From contig NZ_CP015137.1 of NCBI RefSeq assembly GCF_001644705.1, positions 1,290,001 through 1,322,000 on the forward strand: DNA of 32,000 nucleotides, written 5' to 3'. Within the stretch, counting starts at the first letter, position 1. Each line of letters opens with the position of its first letter. This document shows positions 13,527 through 22,372 of this stretch, piece after piece. Below the pieces are notes generated by a model. It did not search any database and was not told where the DNA came from. It worked only from the letters and a program-made list of their open reading frames with translations. Source of the stretch: Dickeya solani IPO 2222 (lineage in GTDB: Bacteria; Pseudomonadota; Gammaproteobacteria; Enterobacterales; Enterobacteriaceae). Made by a program: the position numbers and the translations under genes.

Positions 13527-15276
13527 CTGAACCCTCTTTTCTGTTGATTACAAACTCGCTTTTTTCACCCGTCGGCAACGCATCCGGTTCGATATTCATG
13601 GTGCGCAGTACGCCGCCCATGATCGCCCCGAATACCGGCGCCGACACCGCGCCGCCGTAGTATTTCCCCGCCTGAGGGTCGTTAATGACCACGACCAGCG
13701 CAAAGCGCGGGTTACTGGCCGGCGCCACCCCGGCGGTATAGGCGATGTATTTGTTGATGTACTTGCCATCCGGGCCGACCTTTTTCGCCGTACCGGTTTT
13801 AATCGCGATGCGATAGCCTTTCACCGCCGCCTTGGTGCCGCCGCCGCCGGGCAATGCCACGCTCTCCATCATGTGCACTACGGTGCGGACAATCTGTTCG
13901 GAAAACACGCGCTCGCCCGGTACCGGCGGGTCGACTTTAGTGATGGAAAGCGGGCGGTAAATGCCAAAGCTGCCGATGGTGGCGTAGACACGCGCCAGTT
14001 GCAGCGGGGTCACCATCAGGCCGTAGCCAAACGAAAACGTGGCGCGCTCGATATCCGACCAGCGCTGGCGATTCGGGTACAGACCCTGACTTTCCCCCAC
14101 CAGCCCCAGATTGGTGGCTTTGCCCAGACCAAATCGGGAGTAAGTGTCCACCAACGCGGAAGCCGGCATCGCCAGCGCCAGATGTGATACGCCGACGTTA
14201 CTGGACTTTTGCAGCACGCCGGTCAGGGTCAGTTCGCTATAACGCGCCACATCCTTGATTTCATGACCGTTGATGTAATACGGCAGTGTGTTGAGCACCG
14301 CATTTTCCTTGACCACGTTGCGCTGTAGCGCCGTCATCACCACCATCGGTTTCACGGTCGAACCGGGTTCGAAAATGTCGGTGATGGCGCGGTTACGGAT
14401 CACGTCGGTCGGCGTGCCGGTCAGGTTGTTCGGGTTGTAGGAGGGACTGTTGGCCATCGCCAGCACTTCACCGGTGTTCACATCCACCAGCACCGCGGTG
14501 CCCGACTCGGCCTTATTGAACGCCACCGCGTTGTTCAGTTCGCGGTACACCAGCGCCTGCAGGCGCTCGTCGATACTGAGCATCAGGTTGTGCGCCGCCT
14601 GACTGTCCACCGAAGAGATGTCTTCGATTACCCGCCCAAAGCGGTCTTTACGCACGGTACGCTCGCCGGGACGACCGGTCAGCCAGCGATCGAAGCTCTT
14701 CTCGATGCCTTCAATCCCCTGACCGTCAATATTGGTAAGACCAATCAGATGCGACGTCACCTGACCGGAAGGATAATAACGACGGGATTCCTGCCGCAGA
14801 TTGATGCCCGGCAGTTTCAGTTTGTGGATGTACTCGCCGACCGCCGGATTCACCTGGCGGGCGAGATAGACAAAACGGCCGCTCGGGTTGGCGTTCACCT
14901 TAGAAGCGATTTGGTCCAGCGGCATTCCCAGCGCATCCGCCAACGCCTTCCAGCGGGTGTCCAGTGAGATACCGCCATGATCGTTGAGGTCTTTCGGGTC
15001 GGCCCAGACCGCGTTAACCGGCACGCTCACCGCCAGCGGGCGGCCAGCGCGATCGCTGATCATGCCGCGAGCGGTCGGAATCTCCTGCACGCGCAGGGAA
15101 CGCATGTCGCCTTCACGCACCAGCTTGTCGGGCGCGATCACCTGCAGATACGCCGCACGCAACATCAACCCCACCATGCACAACAGAATACCGCCGCAAA
15201 GCAACGCAAAACGCCAGCTGACAAAGCTGGCATGTTCTTCCTGACGCTTCAATTTTCCCGGTCGCGCTGCTCTCAT
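13513..15276 (-). CDS. ftsI: peptidoglycan D,D-transpeptidase FtsI (PBP3)
   Basis: 587-aa ORF with the STVK, SSN and KTGT penicillin-binding motifs ([26 protein letters not shown]). It is co-linear with E. coli FtsI. Confidence 0.98.
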   Translation of the reverse strand: MRAARPGKLKRQEEHASFVSWRFALLCGGILLCMVGLMLRAAYLQVIAPDKLVREGDMRSLRVQEIPTARGMISDRAGRPLAVSVPVNAVWADPKDLNDHGGISLDTRWKALADALGMPLDQIASKVNANPSGRFVYLARQVNPAVGEYIHKLKLPGINLRQESRRYYPSGQVTSHLIGLTNIDGQGIEGIEKSFDRWLTGRPGERTVRKDRFGRVIEDISSVDSQAAHNLMLSIDERLQALVYRELNNAVAFNKAESGTAVLVDVNTGEVLAMANSPSYNPNNLTGTPTDVIRNRAITDIFEPGSTVKPMVVMTALQRNVVKENAVLNTLPYYINGHEIKDVARYSELTLTGVLQKSSNVGVSHLALAMPASALVDTYSRFGLGKATNLGLVGESQGLYPNRQRWSDIERATFSFGYGLMVTPLQLARVYATIGSFGIYRPLSITKVDPPVPGERVFSEQIVRTVVHMMESVALPGGGGTKAAVKGYRIAIKTGTAKKVGPDGKYINKYIAYTAGVAPASNPRFALVVVINDPQAGKYYGGAVSAPVFGAIMGGVLRTMNIEPDALPTGEKSEFVINRKEGSGDRS

Positions 15277-15298
15277 AATTTAGGCGATACCTGTCAAC

Positions 15299-15622
15299 TC
15301 ATTGTTGTTTAACCACAATATTTTCCTGTGACGGATCAACATGCACCATGTGCAGTTTCTCGGTGGCGATCTGCTCGACGCGGCTGTGATCGCCCAGGGC
15401 ATTCTCTTCCAGAATCAGATTGCGCCACTCGATATCCAGCGCATCGCGTTCCAGCAACAACCGCTCACGCTCCGCCGTCAGCAGGCGCGTACGGTGCGCG
15501 GTGGTCACCACCAGAATGGCGGACACCGACACCGCGATCAGCAGCAACAGCGGCAGTTTCCCGTGTCGCAGCAGATCATCGCCAATCACGCCGCCCAGCG
15601 AATGACGCTCGTTGCCGATCAC
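15299..15622 (-). CDS. ftsL: cell division protein FtsL
   Basis: 107-aa ORF. Its GTG start (15622-15620) forms a GTGA overlap with the rsmH stop. The sequence [24 protein letters not shown]...[45 protein letters not shown] matches FtsL. Confidence 0.9.
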   Translation of the reverse strand: MIGNERHSLGGVIGDDLLRHGKLPLLLLIAVSVSAILVVTTAHRTRLLTAERERLLLERDALDIEWRNLILEENALGDHSRVEQIATEKLHMVHVDPSQENIVVKQQ

Positions 15623-16560
15623 GACGGCAGTCTCTCAGCAAAGCGCAGCACCGAACTGCGCGCGCGCGGATTGTCCGCCACTTCGTCATCCGGCGGCATC
15701 ATTTTGCCGACTGACTTGAGCGTCTGACCGCCACGGCTGCGCAGTTGCTCTTCCGTCAGCGGCAAACCAGCAGGCACCTGCGGCCCCCGGCTGTGCTGGC
15801 GGATAAAGCGTTTCACAATCCGGTCTTCCAGCGAGTGAAAGCTGATCACCGACAGGCGGCCTTCAGGTGCCAGCACCTGCAATGCGCCGTCCAACGCCCG
15901 TTCGATCTCTTCCAGTTCGCTGTTGATATAAATACGAATGGCCTGAAAGGAACGCGTCGCCGGATGCTTGTACTTCTCGCGAATCGGGCTGGCGGCGGCA
16001 ATCAGCTCCGCCAGCGCTTTGGTGCGGGTCAATGGTTCGACACGGTTACGCTCCACAATCGCGCGGGCAATGCGTTTGGCGAAACGCTCCTCGCCGAACG
16101 TTTTCAGCACCCAGGCGATGTCTTCCGCTTCCGCTTTCATCAGCCATTCCGCCGCTGACTGGCCCCGAGTAGGGTCCATACGCATGTCCAGCGGCCCGTC
16201 CCGCATAAAAGAAAACCCACGTTCGGGGTCGTCGAGCTGGGGCGAAGAGACGCCCAAATCCAGCAAGATGCCGTCGATTTTGCCGGTCAGCCCACGCTCG
16301 TCGACATACTCAGCCAGCTCGGAAAACGGCCCGTGAATAATGGAAAAACGCGCATCATCAATGGTATTGGCGACCGCGACCGCCTGAGGATCGCGATCGA
16401 TGGCCAACAAACGGCCTTCCGGCCCAAGATGGGACAGAATGAGACGGGAATGGCCACCCCGGCCAAACGTACCGTCAATGTAGATACCGTTGCTGCGAAT
16501 GTTCAGGCCGTTGACGGCTTCATCCAGCAACACGGTGGTGTGTTTAAACGTTTCTGCCAT
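15619..16560 (-). CDS. rsmH: 16S rRNA (cytosine1402-N4)-methyltransferase RsmH (MraW)
   Basis: 313-aa ORF containing [36 protein letters not shown], the same length as E. coli RsmH. Confidence 0.98.
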   Translation of the reverse strand: MAETFKHTTVLLDEAVNGLNIRSNGIYIDGTFGRGGHSRLILSHLGPEGRLLAIDRDPQAVAVANTIDDARFSIIHGPFSELAEYVDERGLTGKIDGILLDLGVSSPQLDDPERGFSFMRDGPLDMRMDPTRGQSAAEWLMKAEAEDIAWVLKTFGEERFAKRIARAIVERNRVEPLTRTKALAELIAAASPIREKYKHPATRSFQAIRIYINSELEEIERALDGALQVLAPEGRLSVISFHSLEDRIVKRFIRQHSRGPQVPAGLPLTEEQLRSRGGQTLKSVGKMMPPDDEVADNPRARSSVLRFAERLPS

Positions 16561-16562
16561 GA

Positions 16563-17021
16563 CTATAGTGATAAGTCCTGCAGCCGCTCAGATAAGGGCT
16601 CCTGAGTGGACTGCTCAGCGTCAATATCTTCCTTGACTTGTCGATACCAGGTCTGTTCATCCCACAGTTCAAACTTGTTGAACTGGCCGACCAGCATCAC
16701 TTCTTTGGTAAGACCCGCATGCTGCCGCAGCGTAGAGGCAATCAGGATTCTTCCGGCGTTATCCATCTGGCATTCGCTGGCATGCCCGAGTAGCAAACGC
16801 TGAACACGGCGTTCAGCAGGGTTCATACTCGACAGGCGAGAAAGTTTCTGTTCGATAATTTCCCATTCGGGTAGCAGGTAAAGCAGCAGGCAGGGCTGAT
16901 GAAGGTCAATGGTGCAAACCATTTGCCCTTGCGCTTCCTCGTTCAGTAAGTCCCGGTAACGGGTGGGAACGGCAAGCCGTCCTTTACTGTCGAGGTTGAC
17001 CAGTGTCGCCCCACGAAACAT
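16563..17021 (-). CDS. mraZ: transcriptional regulator MraZ
   Basis: The ORF-track frame starts at 17066, but homology begins at [23 protein letters not shown] (ATG 17021-17019). That start gives 152 aa, as in E. coli MraZ. Confidence 0.95.
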   Translation of the reverse strand: MFRGATLVNLDSKGRLAVPTRYRDLLNEEAQGQMVCTIDLHQPCLLLYLLPEWEIIEQKLSRLSSMNPAERRVQRLLLGHASECQMDNAGRILIASTLRQHAGLTKEVMLVGQFNKFELWDEQTWYRQVKEDIDAEQSTQEPLSERLQDLSL

Positions 17022-17050
17022 GACAGTATTTAACCCTTCATGACCTTTTT

Positions 17051-17113
17051 CACCACTTTGCCCCACAAATCCCCACTATTGAGAGTTTACGGAGGGGATG
17101 AAAAGCTTGTCAA
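17051..17113 (-). promoter_or_regulatory. Pmra-like promoter plus three MraZ operator repeats
   Basis: The reverse strand reads TTGACA (17113-17108), an 18-nt spacer, TAAACT (17089-17084), then GTGGGG (17076-17071), GTGGGG (17066-17061) and GTGGTG (17056-17051). The three repeats have exact 10-bp phasing. This matches the TGGGN direct-repeat MraZ operator described for E. coli. Confidence 0.6.
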
Positions 17114-17887
17114 GCCAGCACGGATGCGCCCGGGCATTATTTCCCGCCGAATCAGAGAGTGAAAAAACCGCAAAAAAACCACCACGAAGAAATAATGAGG
17201 ATTAACGCTGTGATTATTTAAGGAAAATTAATGGCTCTTGGGGAGGCGCATAAAGATATAGGATTTTTCATTCGGTGCAATATTATTTTGTCTGTCACAG
17301 TTCGATACGTATTTCTTAAATGTTCATACGATATCGAAATATTTTTATCGACTGATTTTTAAGCATTTTTAAAATTAACTCTTCCTGTCGGCACAAAACA
17401 TGATGGATAAAATGAATTTATTTGACTCAGGATCCCATTTTTTTGACCTGAACCACACTGTCGCTTACTTCAACTCACGTTATCTATTCATGTCTGAAAC
17501 ATTAACCAGCTGTTTCATCTGTGTCATAAAGAATAACTGGATTTATTTCCAGTGTTGTTCACATTCACTTGCACTTTACCGTTCAACAACCTTTTCATTC
17601 CAAGCCACGCTGTTTCCGGTCAGCTTTTCCCCCTGTCGCCAGCATCTCACTAATTAACTGTTTTATATAAAATTAAATACCCGACTCGTGATAATCGAAT
17701 GAAAAAGACGATTTGCAACCATAAAGTTGCGCCACTGAACAAAAAACGAACAAAAATAAGTTTTTTAAGCTAGTTAAATCTCGATAAATAGTTATGTAAA
17801 CTACAAATAAACCAAAAAAACAAAACTAAACACCAACAAATCACGCCATAAGCAACGTTATTATCCTTCACCATGGAGCCATACAAT

Positions 17888-18349
17888 ATGCTTTCCCCCA
17901 TTTCCCGCGTGCGTGGCATCGTTGCCGATACCGTTGCCATGGTGGTGTATTGCTTCCTGACCGGTATGGCGATCGAAATCCTGCTGTCCGGCATGACCTT
18001 CCAGCAGTCGCTCTCTTCCCGACTGCTGTCGATTCCAGTCAATATCGTCATTGCCTGGCCCTACGGCCTTTACCGCGATCGTATCGTCGCCCTGGCGTTA
18101 CGCCTGAACGCGGATTCACGCTGGGGAAAAAATATGGCGGACCTGTTTGCCTATGTCAGTTTTCAGTCGCCGGTTTATGCCGCCATTCTGCTGACGATTG
18201 GCGCCGAGCCATCGCAAATCCTGAAAGCGGTTGCCAGCAACGCGGTAATTTCCATGTTCATGGGGGTGGCGTACGGTTATTTTCTGGAATATTGCCGCCG
18301 CCTGTTTCGGGTCGGCGTTCCTTCCCGTCCGCAAATTGCCAGCCATTAA
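17888..18349 (+). CDS. alaE: L-alanine exporter AlaE (YgaW family)
   Basis: The frame opens at 17873, but GGAG (17875-17878) sits 9 nt before ATG 17888, and [22 protein letters not shown] aligns with E. coli AlaE MFSPQSRLRHAVADTFAMVVYC. Further shared blocks are [27 protein letters not shown] and [11 protein letters not shown]. Confidence 0.85.
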   Translation: MLSPISRVRGIVADTVAMVVYCFLTGMAIEILLSGMTFQQSLSSRLLSIPVNIVIAWPYGLYRDRIVALALRLNADSRWGKNMADLFAYVSFQSPVYAAILLTIGAEPSQILKAVASNAVISMFMGVAYGYFLEYCRRLFRVGVPSRPQIASH

Positions 18350-18418
18350 TCCAGCTCAACAAACGGCGATGGAATAAATATAAAAAAGGGAAAAGCGGGG
18401 TAAAAATAGGAATTATCT

Positions 18419-18457
18419 TATGCGGCGTGGAACGAAGAATTATTCCAGCGCCGCATA
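18419..18457. terminator. strong inverted repeat between convergent alaE and cra (putative terminator, more likely for cra)
   Basis: tatgcggcgtgga pairs with tccagcgccgcata over 13 bp with one bulge and a 12-nt loop. On the minus strand it is followed by agauaauuccuauuuuu. There is no T-tract on the plus strand. Confidence 0.45.
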
Positions 18458-18498
18458 CTATCGATCAGAAACGGCTTACGATCAGAAACAGCTTACGA

Positions 18499-19503
18499 TC
18501 ATAGACGGCTCAGAAAACCACGGCGATAGAGATTACGACGAATACGGTATAAACCCGGTTTCGGTTTACGCGGCTCATCCAGACTCGCCAGCACCAGCTC
18601 CAGCACCCGCTCCGCCACCTCACGATGACGCTGCGCTACCGCCAGCACCTGGCATTCCAGGAAATCCAGCAATTCATTATCACCGAATGTGGCGATGGCC
18701 AGATTGTTCGGCAAGCGGCCGCTCTGCCTGAGCGTCACGTCCATCACCCCCTGCAACAGTGGGAACGAGGTCGTAAACAACGCCTGCGGCATCGGATTGG
18801 TTTTCAGGTATTCCTCAAACACCGCCGCTGCCGCGCTGCGTTCATAGCTGTTGGCGTAGATATAATTCACCTGACGTGGATCTTCCGCCCAGGCGCGTCG
18901 GAATCCCTGCTCGCGCAGGAAACTGACCGATAACTCCGGCAGCGCGCCGAGGTACATCACCGATTCCGCCGGCACCTTGCGCAGCTCCTGCGCCAGCATC
19001 TCCGCGTCTTCCATGTCCGCCCCGACCACGCTGGTGAAATGCTCGCGATCCAACGCCCGATCGAGCGCGATCACCGGCAGCGGATCATTGGCCCAACGCT
19101 GGTAAAACGGATGTTCCGGCGGCAGCGCCGTCGAGACGATAATCGCATCCACCTGACGCTGCAGCAGATGCTCGATGCAGCGCATCTCGTTATCGGGTTG
19201 ATCTTCAGAACAGGCGATCAGCAATTGATAGCCGCGCTGACGAGCCTGACGCTCCAGATAATTGGCGATACGGGTATAACTGGTGTTTTCCAGGTCCGGA
19301 ATGACCAACCCGATGGAGCGGGTGCGTCCGGCACGCAAGCCGGCTGCGACGGCGTTCGGATGGTAGTTGTGCTCCCTGACCACCGCCATCACTTTCTCAA
19401 CGGTCTTATCGCTGACACGATATTGCTTCGCCTTGCCATTAATAACGTAACTGGCCGTTGTACGCGAAACCCCAGCAAGACGCGCGATTTCATCCAGTTT
19501 CAC
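18499..19503 (-). CDS. cra: catabolite repressor/activator Cra (FruR), LacI family
   Basis: The ORF-track frame starts at TTG 19509. I prefer GTG 19503-19501, which is preceded by AAGGG with a 6-nt spacer. That start gives [125 protein letters not shown] and 334 aa, as in E. coli Cra. Confidence 0.95.
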   Translation of the reverse strand: MKLDEIARLAGVSRTTASYVINGKAKQYRVSDKTVEKVMAVVREHNYHPNAVAAGLRAGRTRSIGLVIPDLENTSYTRIANYLERQARQRGYQLLIACSEDQPDNEMRCIEHLLQRQVDAIIVSTALPPEHPFYQRWANDPLPVIALDRALDREHFTSVVGADMEDAEMLAQELRKVPAESVMYLGALPELSVSFLREQGFRRAWAEDPRQVNYIYANSYERSAAAAVFEEYLKTNPMPQALFTTSFPLLQGVMDVTLRQSGRLPNNLAIATFGDNELLDFLECQVLAVAQRHREVAERVLELVLASLDEPRKPKPGLYRIRRNLYRRGFLSRL

Positions 19504-19640
19504 TGGCAACCCCTTAATAAGCCGGACAAAAAATAAAGAATGAAACGATAACCATGAATTAACCGTGGATATGATACCGATCTAAGCGCAGAAAACACTG
19601 ACGGGCAACCGCTTTTATTATTTACTTCAATCAGGATCAG

Positions 19641-19664
19641 AAAAGCCCGGCGTCATGGCCGGGC
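19641..19664 (-). terminator. rho-independent terminator downstream of ilvH
   Basis: The minus strand reads GCCCGGC-catgac-GCCGGGC followed by UUUUC, a 7-bp GC stem (19645-19651 / 19658-19664) with the U-tract at 19644-19641. It lies about 85 nt after the ilvH stop. Confidence 0.55.
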
Positions 19665-19746
19665 CAGATATTACCATCAGAAAAGCCAGTATTGCTGTAT
19701 GAAAATCAGCAAACCATCAGACAATCGGCTGAATTTCAGCACGACT

Positions 19747-20238
19747 TCAGCGCATGACGCGATCGCCGCGCGATACGCCCACGATACCGGAGCGCGCTAC
19801 TTCAACAATTTCAGCCACTTCACGCACGCTGTTGAGAAACGCGTCCAGCTTCTCGCTGGTGCCCGCCAGCTGAACGGTATACAGCGATGCGGTGACATCG
19901 ACGATCTGCCCGCGGAAGATTTCCGCGCTGCGCTTGACCTCCTCACGGCCGTAACCGGTAGCCTGCAATTTGACCAGCATCAGCTCGCGTTCAACATGAG
20001 CACCTTGTCCCAGCTCGCTGACCCGCAACACGTCCACCAGCTTGTGCAGCTGCTTTTCAATCTGTTCCAGCACTTTCTCGTCACCCACCGTCTGGATGGT
20101 CATCCGCGACAGGGTTGGGTCGTCCGTCGGGGCAACGGTCAGACTTTCAATGTTGTAACCACGTTGAGAAAACAGGCCAATCACGCGCGACAGAGCACCC
20201 GATTCGTTCTCCAGCAATACCGACAAAATACGACGCAT
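19747..20238 (-). CDS. ilvH: acetolactate synthase III small (regulatory) subunit IlvH
   Basis: Homology starts at [73 protein letters not shown] (ATG 20238-20236), nearly identical to E. coli IlvH. Length is 163 aa. The longer 173-aa version in the ORF track overlaps ilvI. Confidence 0.97.
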   Translation of the reverse strand: MRRILSVLLENESGALSRVIGLFSQRGYNIESLTVAPTDDPTLSRMTIQTVGDEKVLEQIEKQLHKLVDVLRVSELGQGAHVERELMLVKLQATGYGREEVKRSAEIFRGQIVDVTASLYTVQLAGTSEKLDAFLNSVREVAEIVEVARSGIVGVSRGDRVMR

Positions 20239-20240
20239 GA

Positions 20241-21959
20241 TCAGGTCCTCTCCGTTTTGCTTAACCACATCTCATCCATCCCGCCGCCGCGGATCTGCAT
20301 CGGATAGACGTGCTCGCTGCTGTCCACCTGTACATCCACAAACACCAGACGATTTTTCTGTTCCAGCGCCGCTTTCAGCTTCGGTTCCAGCTCATCCGGA
20401 GTATCGATGGTGATGCCGACGTGACCGTAAGCCTCCGCCAGCTTGACGAAATCCGGCAGGGATTCCATGTAGGAACTGGAGTGACGGCCGGAGTAGATCA
20501 TGTCCTGCCACTGTTTCACCATGCCGAGGAAACGGTTATTGAGGCTGACCACCACAATCGGCAGGTCATACTGCAACGCGGTAGACAATTCCTGAATATT
20601 CATCTGGATACTGCCGTCGCCGGTGACGCAGATGACCGTTTCCTGCGGTAACGCCAGTTTGATGCCGAGCGCAGCAGGCAGGCCGAAGCCCATGGTGCCC
20701 AGACCGCCGGAGTTGACCCAGCGGCGCGGCAAATCAAACGGGTAGTACAGCGCGGCGAACATCTGGTGCTGCCCCACGTCGGATGCCACGTAAGCCTTGC
20801 CTTCCGTCAGACGATGCAGGGTTTCGATCACCGCCTGCGGCTTGATGGCGTCGCCGTCGGTGTTGTATTTCAGGCACTGACGCGCGCGCCACTGTTCGAT
20901 GCGCAGCCACCAGTCGCGCATCGCGTCGAACTGCTGCTGCGTTTCCCCTTGCGCCAGCAGTTCCAGCATCAGGCTGAGCACCTGACGGGCATCGCCGACG
21001 ATCGGGATATCCGCCGCCACGGTTTTGGAAATGGACGCCGGGTCGATATCGATATGCAGAATGGTAGCGTTCGGACAGTACTTGGTGAGGTTATTGGTGG
21101 TTCGGTCGTCAAACCGCACCCCGACGGCAAAAATCACATCGGCGTTGTGCATCGCCATATTGGCTTCGTAGGTGCCGTGCATACCGAGCATGCCCAGACT
21201 CTGGCGATGCGTGCCCGGAAAACCGCCCAGCCCCATCAGCGAACTGGCCACCGGCAGGTTGAGTTTTTCCGCCAGTTCACGCAGTTCCTGATGACAATTG
21301 GCGTTGATCACGCCGCCGCCGCTGTAAATCACCGGACGTTCGGCGGCCAGCAACGTCTGCAGCGCGCGTTTGATTTGGCCTTTGTGTCCCTGCACCGTCG
21401 GATTGTAGGAGCGCAGGCTGACCTGATCGGGATAGGCATAAGGCAGTTTTTTGGCCGGGCTGAGAATGTCTTTCGGCAAATCCACCACCACCGGACCGGG
21501 GCGGCCGGTAGAGGCGAGATAGAAGGCTTTTTTCAGCACGGTGGGAATGTCTTCGGTCTGTTTGACCAGATAGCTGTGCTTCACCACCGGACGGGAAATC
21601 CCCACCATGTCGCATTCCTGAAAGGCGTCATAGCCAATCAGCGAGGTGGCGACCTGACCGGAAATCACTACCAGCGGAATGGAATCCATATACGCCGTGG
21701 CGATGCCGGTAATGGCGTTGGTGGCGCCCGGACCAGAGGTCACCAGCACCACACCCACTTCGCCAGTCGCTCTGGCGTAGCCGTCGGCCATATGTACCGC
21801 GCCCTGCTCGTGGCGCACCAGAATGTGTTCTATACCGCCGACGGTGTGCAGCGCATCATAAATATCCAGCACCGCGCCGCCCGGATAGCCGAACACATGT
21901 TTTACGCCCTGATCGATCAGCGATCGAATCACCATCTCGGCGCCTGACAACATCTCCAT
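20241..21959 (-). CDS. ilvI: acetolactate synthase III large subunit IlvI
   Basis: 572-aa ORF starting [81 protein letters not shown], with the ThDP motif [12 protein letters not shown]. Confidence 0.98.
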   Translation of the reverse strand: MEMLSGAEMVIRSLIDQGVKHVFGYPGGAVLDIYDALHTVGGIEHILVRHEQGAVHMADGYARATGEVGVVLVTSGPGATNAITGIATAYMDSIPLVVISGQVATSLIGYDAFQECDMVGISRPVVKHSYLVKQTEDIPTVLKKAFYLASTGRPGPVVVDLPKDILSPAKKLPYAYPDQVSLRSYNPTVQGHKGQIKRALQTLLAAERPVIYSGGGVINANCHQELRELAEKLNLPVASSLMGLGGFPGTHRQSLGMLGMHGTYEANMAMHNADVIFAVGVRFDDRTTNNLTKYCPNATILHIDIDPASISKTVAADIPIVGDARQVLSLMLELLAQGETQQQFDAMRDWWLRIEQWRARQCLKYNTDGDAIKPQAVIETLHRLTEGKAYVASDVGQHQMFAALYYPFDLPRRWVNSGGLGTMGFGLPAALGIKLALPQETVICVTGDGSIQMNIQELSTALQYDLPIVVVSLNNRFLGMVKQWQDMIYSGRHSSSYMESLPDFVKLAEAYGHVGITIDTPDELEPKLKAALEQKNRLVFVDVQVDSSEHVYPMQIRGGGMDEMWLSKTERT

Positions 21960-21972
21960 GGGTTTGCCTCTT

Positions 21973-22020
21973 ATTGTTCAGATAGCGAATTGTTCAGATA
22001 ACGAATTGTTCAGATAGCGA
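21973..22020. repeat. 3 x 16-bp tandem direct repeat immediately upstream of the ilvI SD
   Basis: attgttcagatagcga (21973-21988), attgttcagataacga (21989-22004) and attgttcagatagcga (22005-22020). Copies 1 and 3 are identical and copy 2 differs by one base. Confidence 0.95.
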
Positions 22021-22270
22021 GTCGCTTCTGTATTGACAGGGAACACCCCGTGCTCATTGAGACGGCATTCGGTGCAGAGAGCAAGGCGTGGATTGGGTTA
22101 TCAATCACACGCCGGCCCCATCGCCGAACACCGCCCGGGTTTTTACATATAACTTATTAACATAACGCCGGATTATGAAGCAGGCAAACGCCGCGCCGGA
22201 GCGGGGGCTGACGTGATTATGGTAAATCAACTGTTAAAAGAGAGACTGGAGAGATAAAACGCTGGGGAGT

Positions 22271-22303
22271 GACCACAGCGTTAAAAAATATCCCGCTGTG
22301 GTC
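22271..22303 (-). terminator. perfect 10-bp inverted repeat downstream of the acyl-CoA synthetase gene (possible terminator)
   Basis: gaccacagcg (22271-22280) pairs with cgctgtggtc (22294-22303) across a 13-nt A/T-rich loop, about 70 nt after the stop at 22373. No clean U-tract follows on the minus strand. Confidence 0.3.
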
Positions 22304-22372
22304 AGGCATTACAGAGTGAAATATTGGCGATAAAATTGCGATGCAGCGCAACGATTACCACCGATACCTCTG

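Noticed and set aside
17400-17657. 85-aa plus-strand ORF in the AT-rich block
   Set aside because: It has no SD and an odd F/S/C/N-rich composition, and I recognise no homology. Its length is only mildly unexpected for this composition. I left it as something to check under the AT-rich block finding rather than calling a CDS.
17770-18051. 93-aa minus-strand ORF
   Set aside because: It overlaps the alaE 5' end in antisense and runs into the A-rich leader. It has no SD and no recognisable similarity.
19728-19740. Perfect palindrome GCTGAATTTCAGC considered as a Cra (FruR) operator upstream of cra
   Set aside because: The left half fits RSTGAAW, but the half-site spacing is about 3 bp shorter than in the Cra consensus (GCTGAAAC/GTTTCAGC). 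It lies just after the ilvH stop and is equally explained as a small hairpin.
20766-21947. 393-aa plus-strand ORF
   Set aside because: It is an antisense shadow of ilvI with low-complexity R/H/G-rich sequence. I see no SD or homology.
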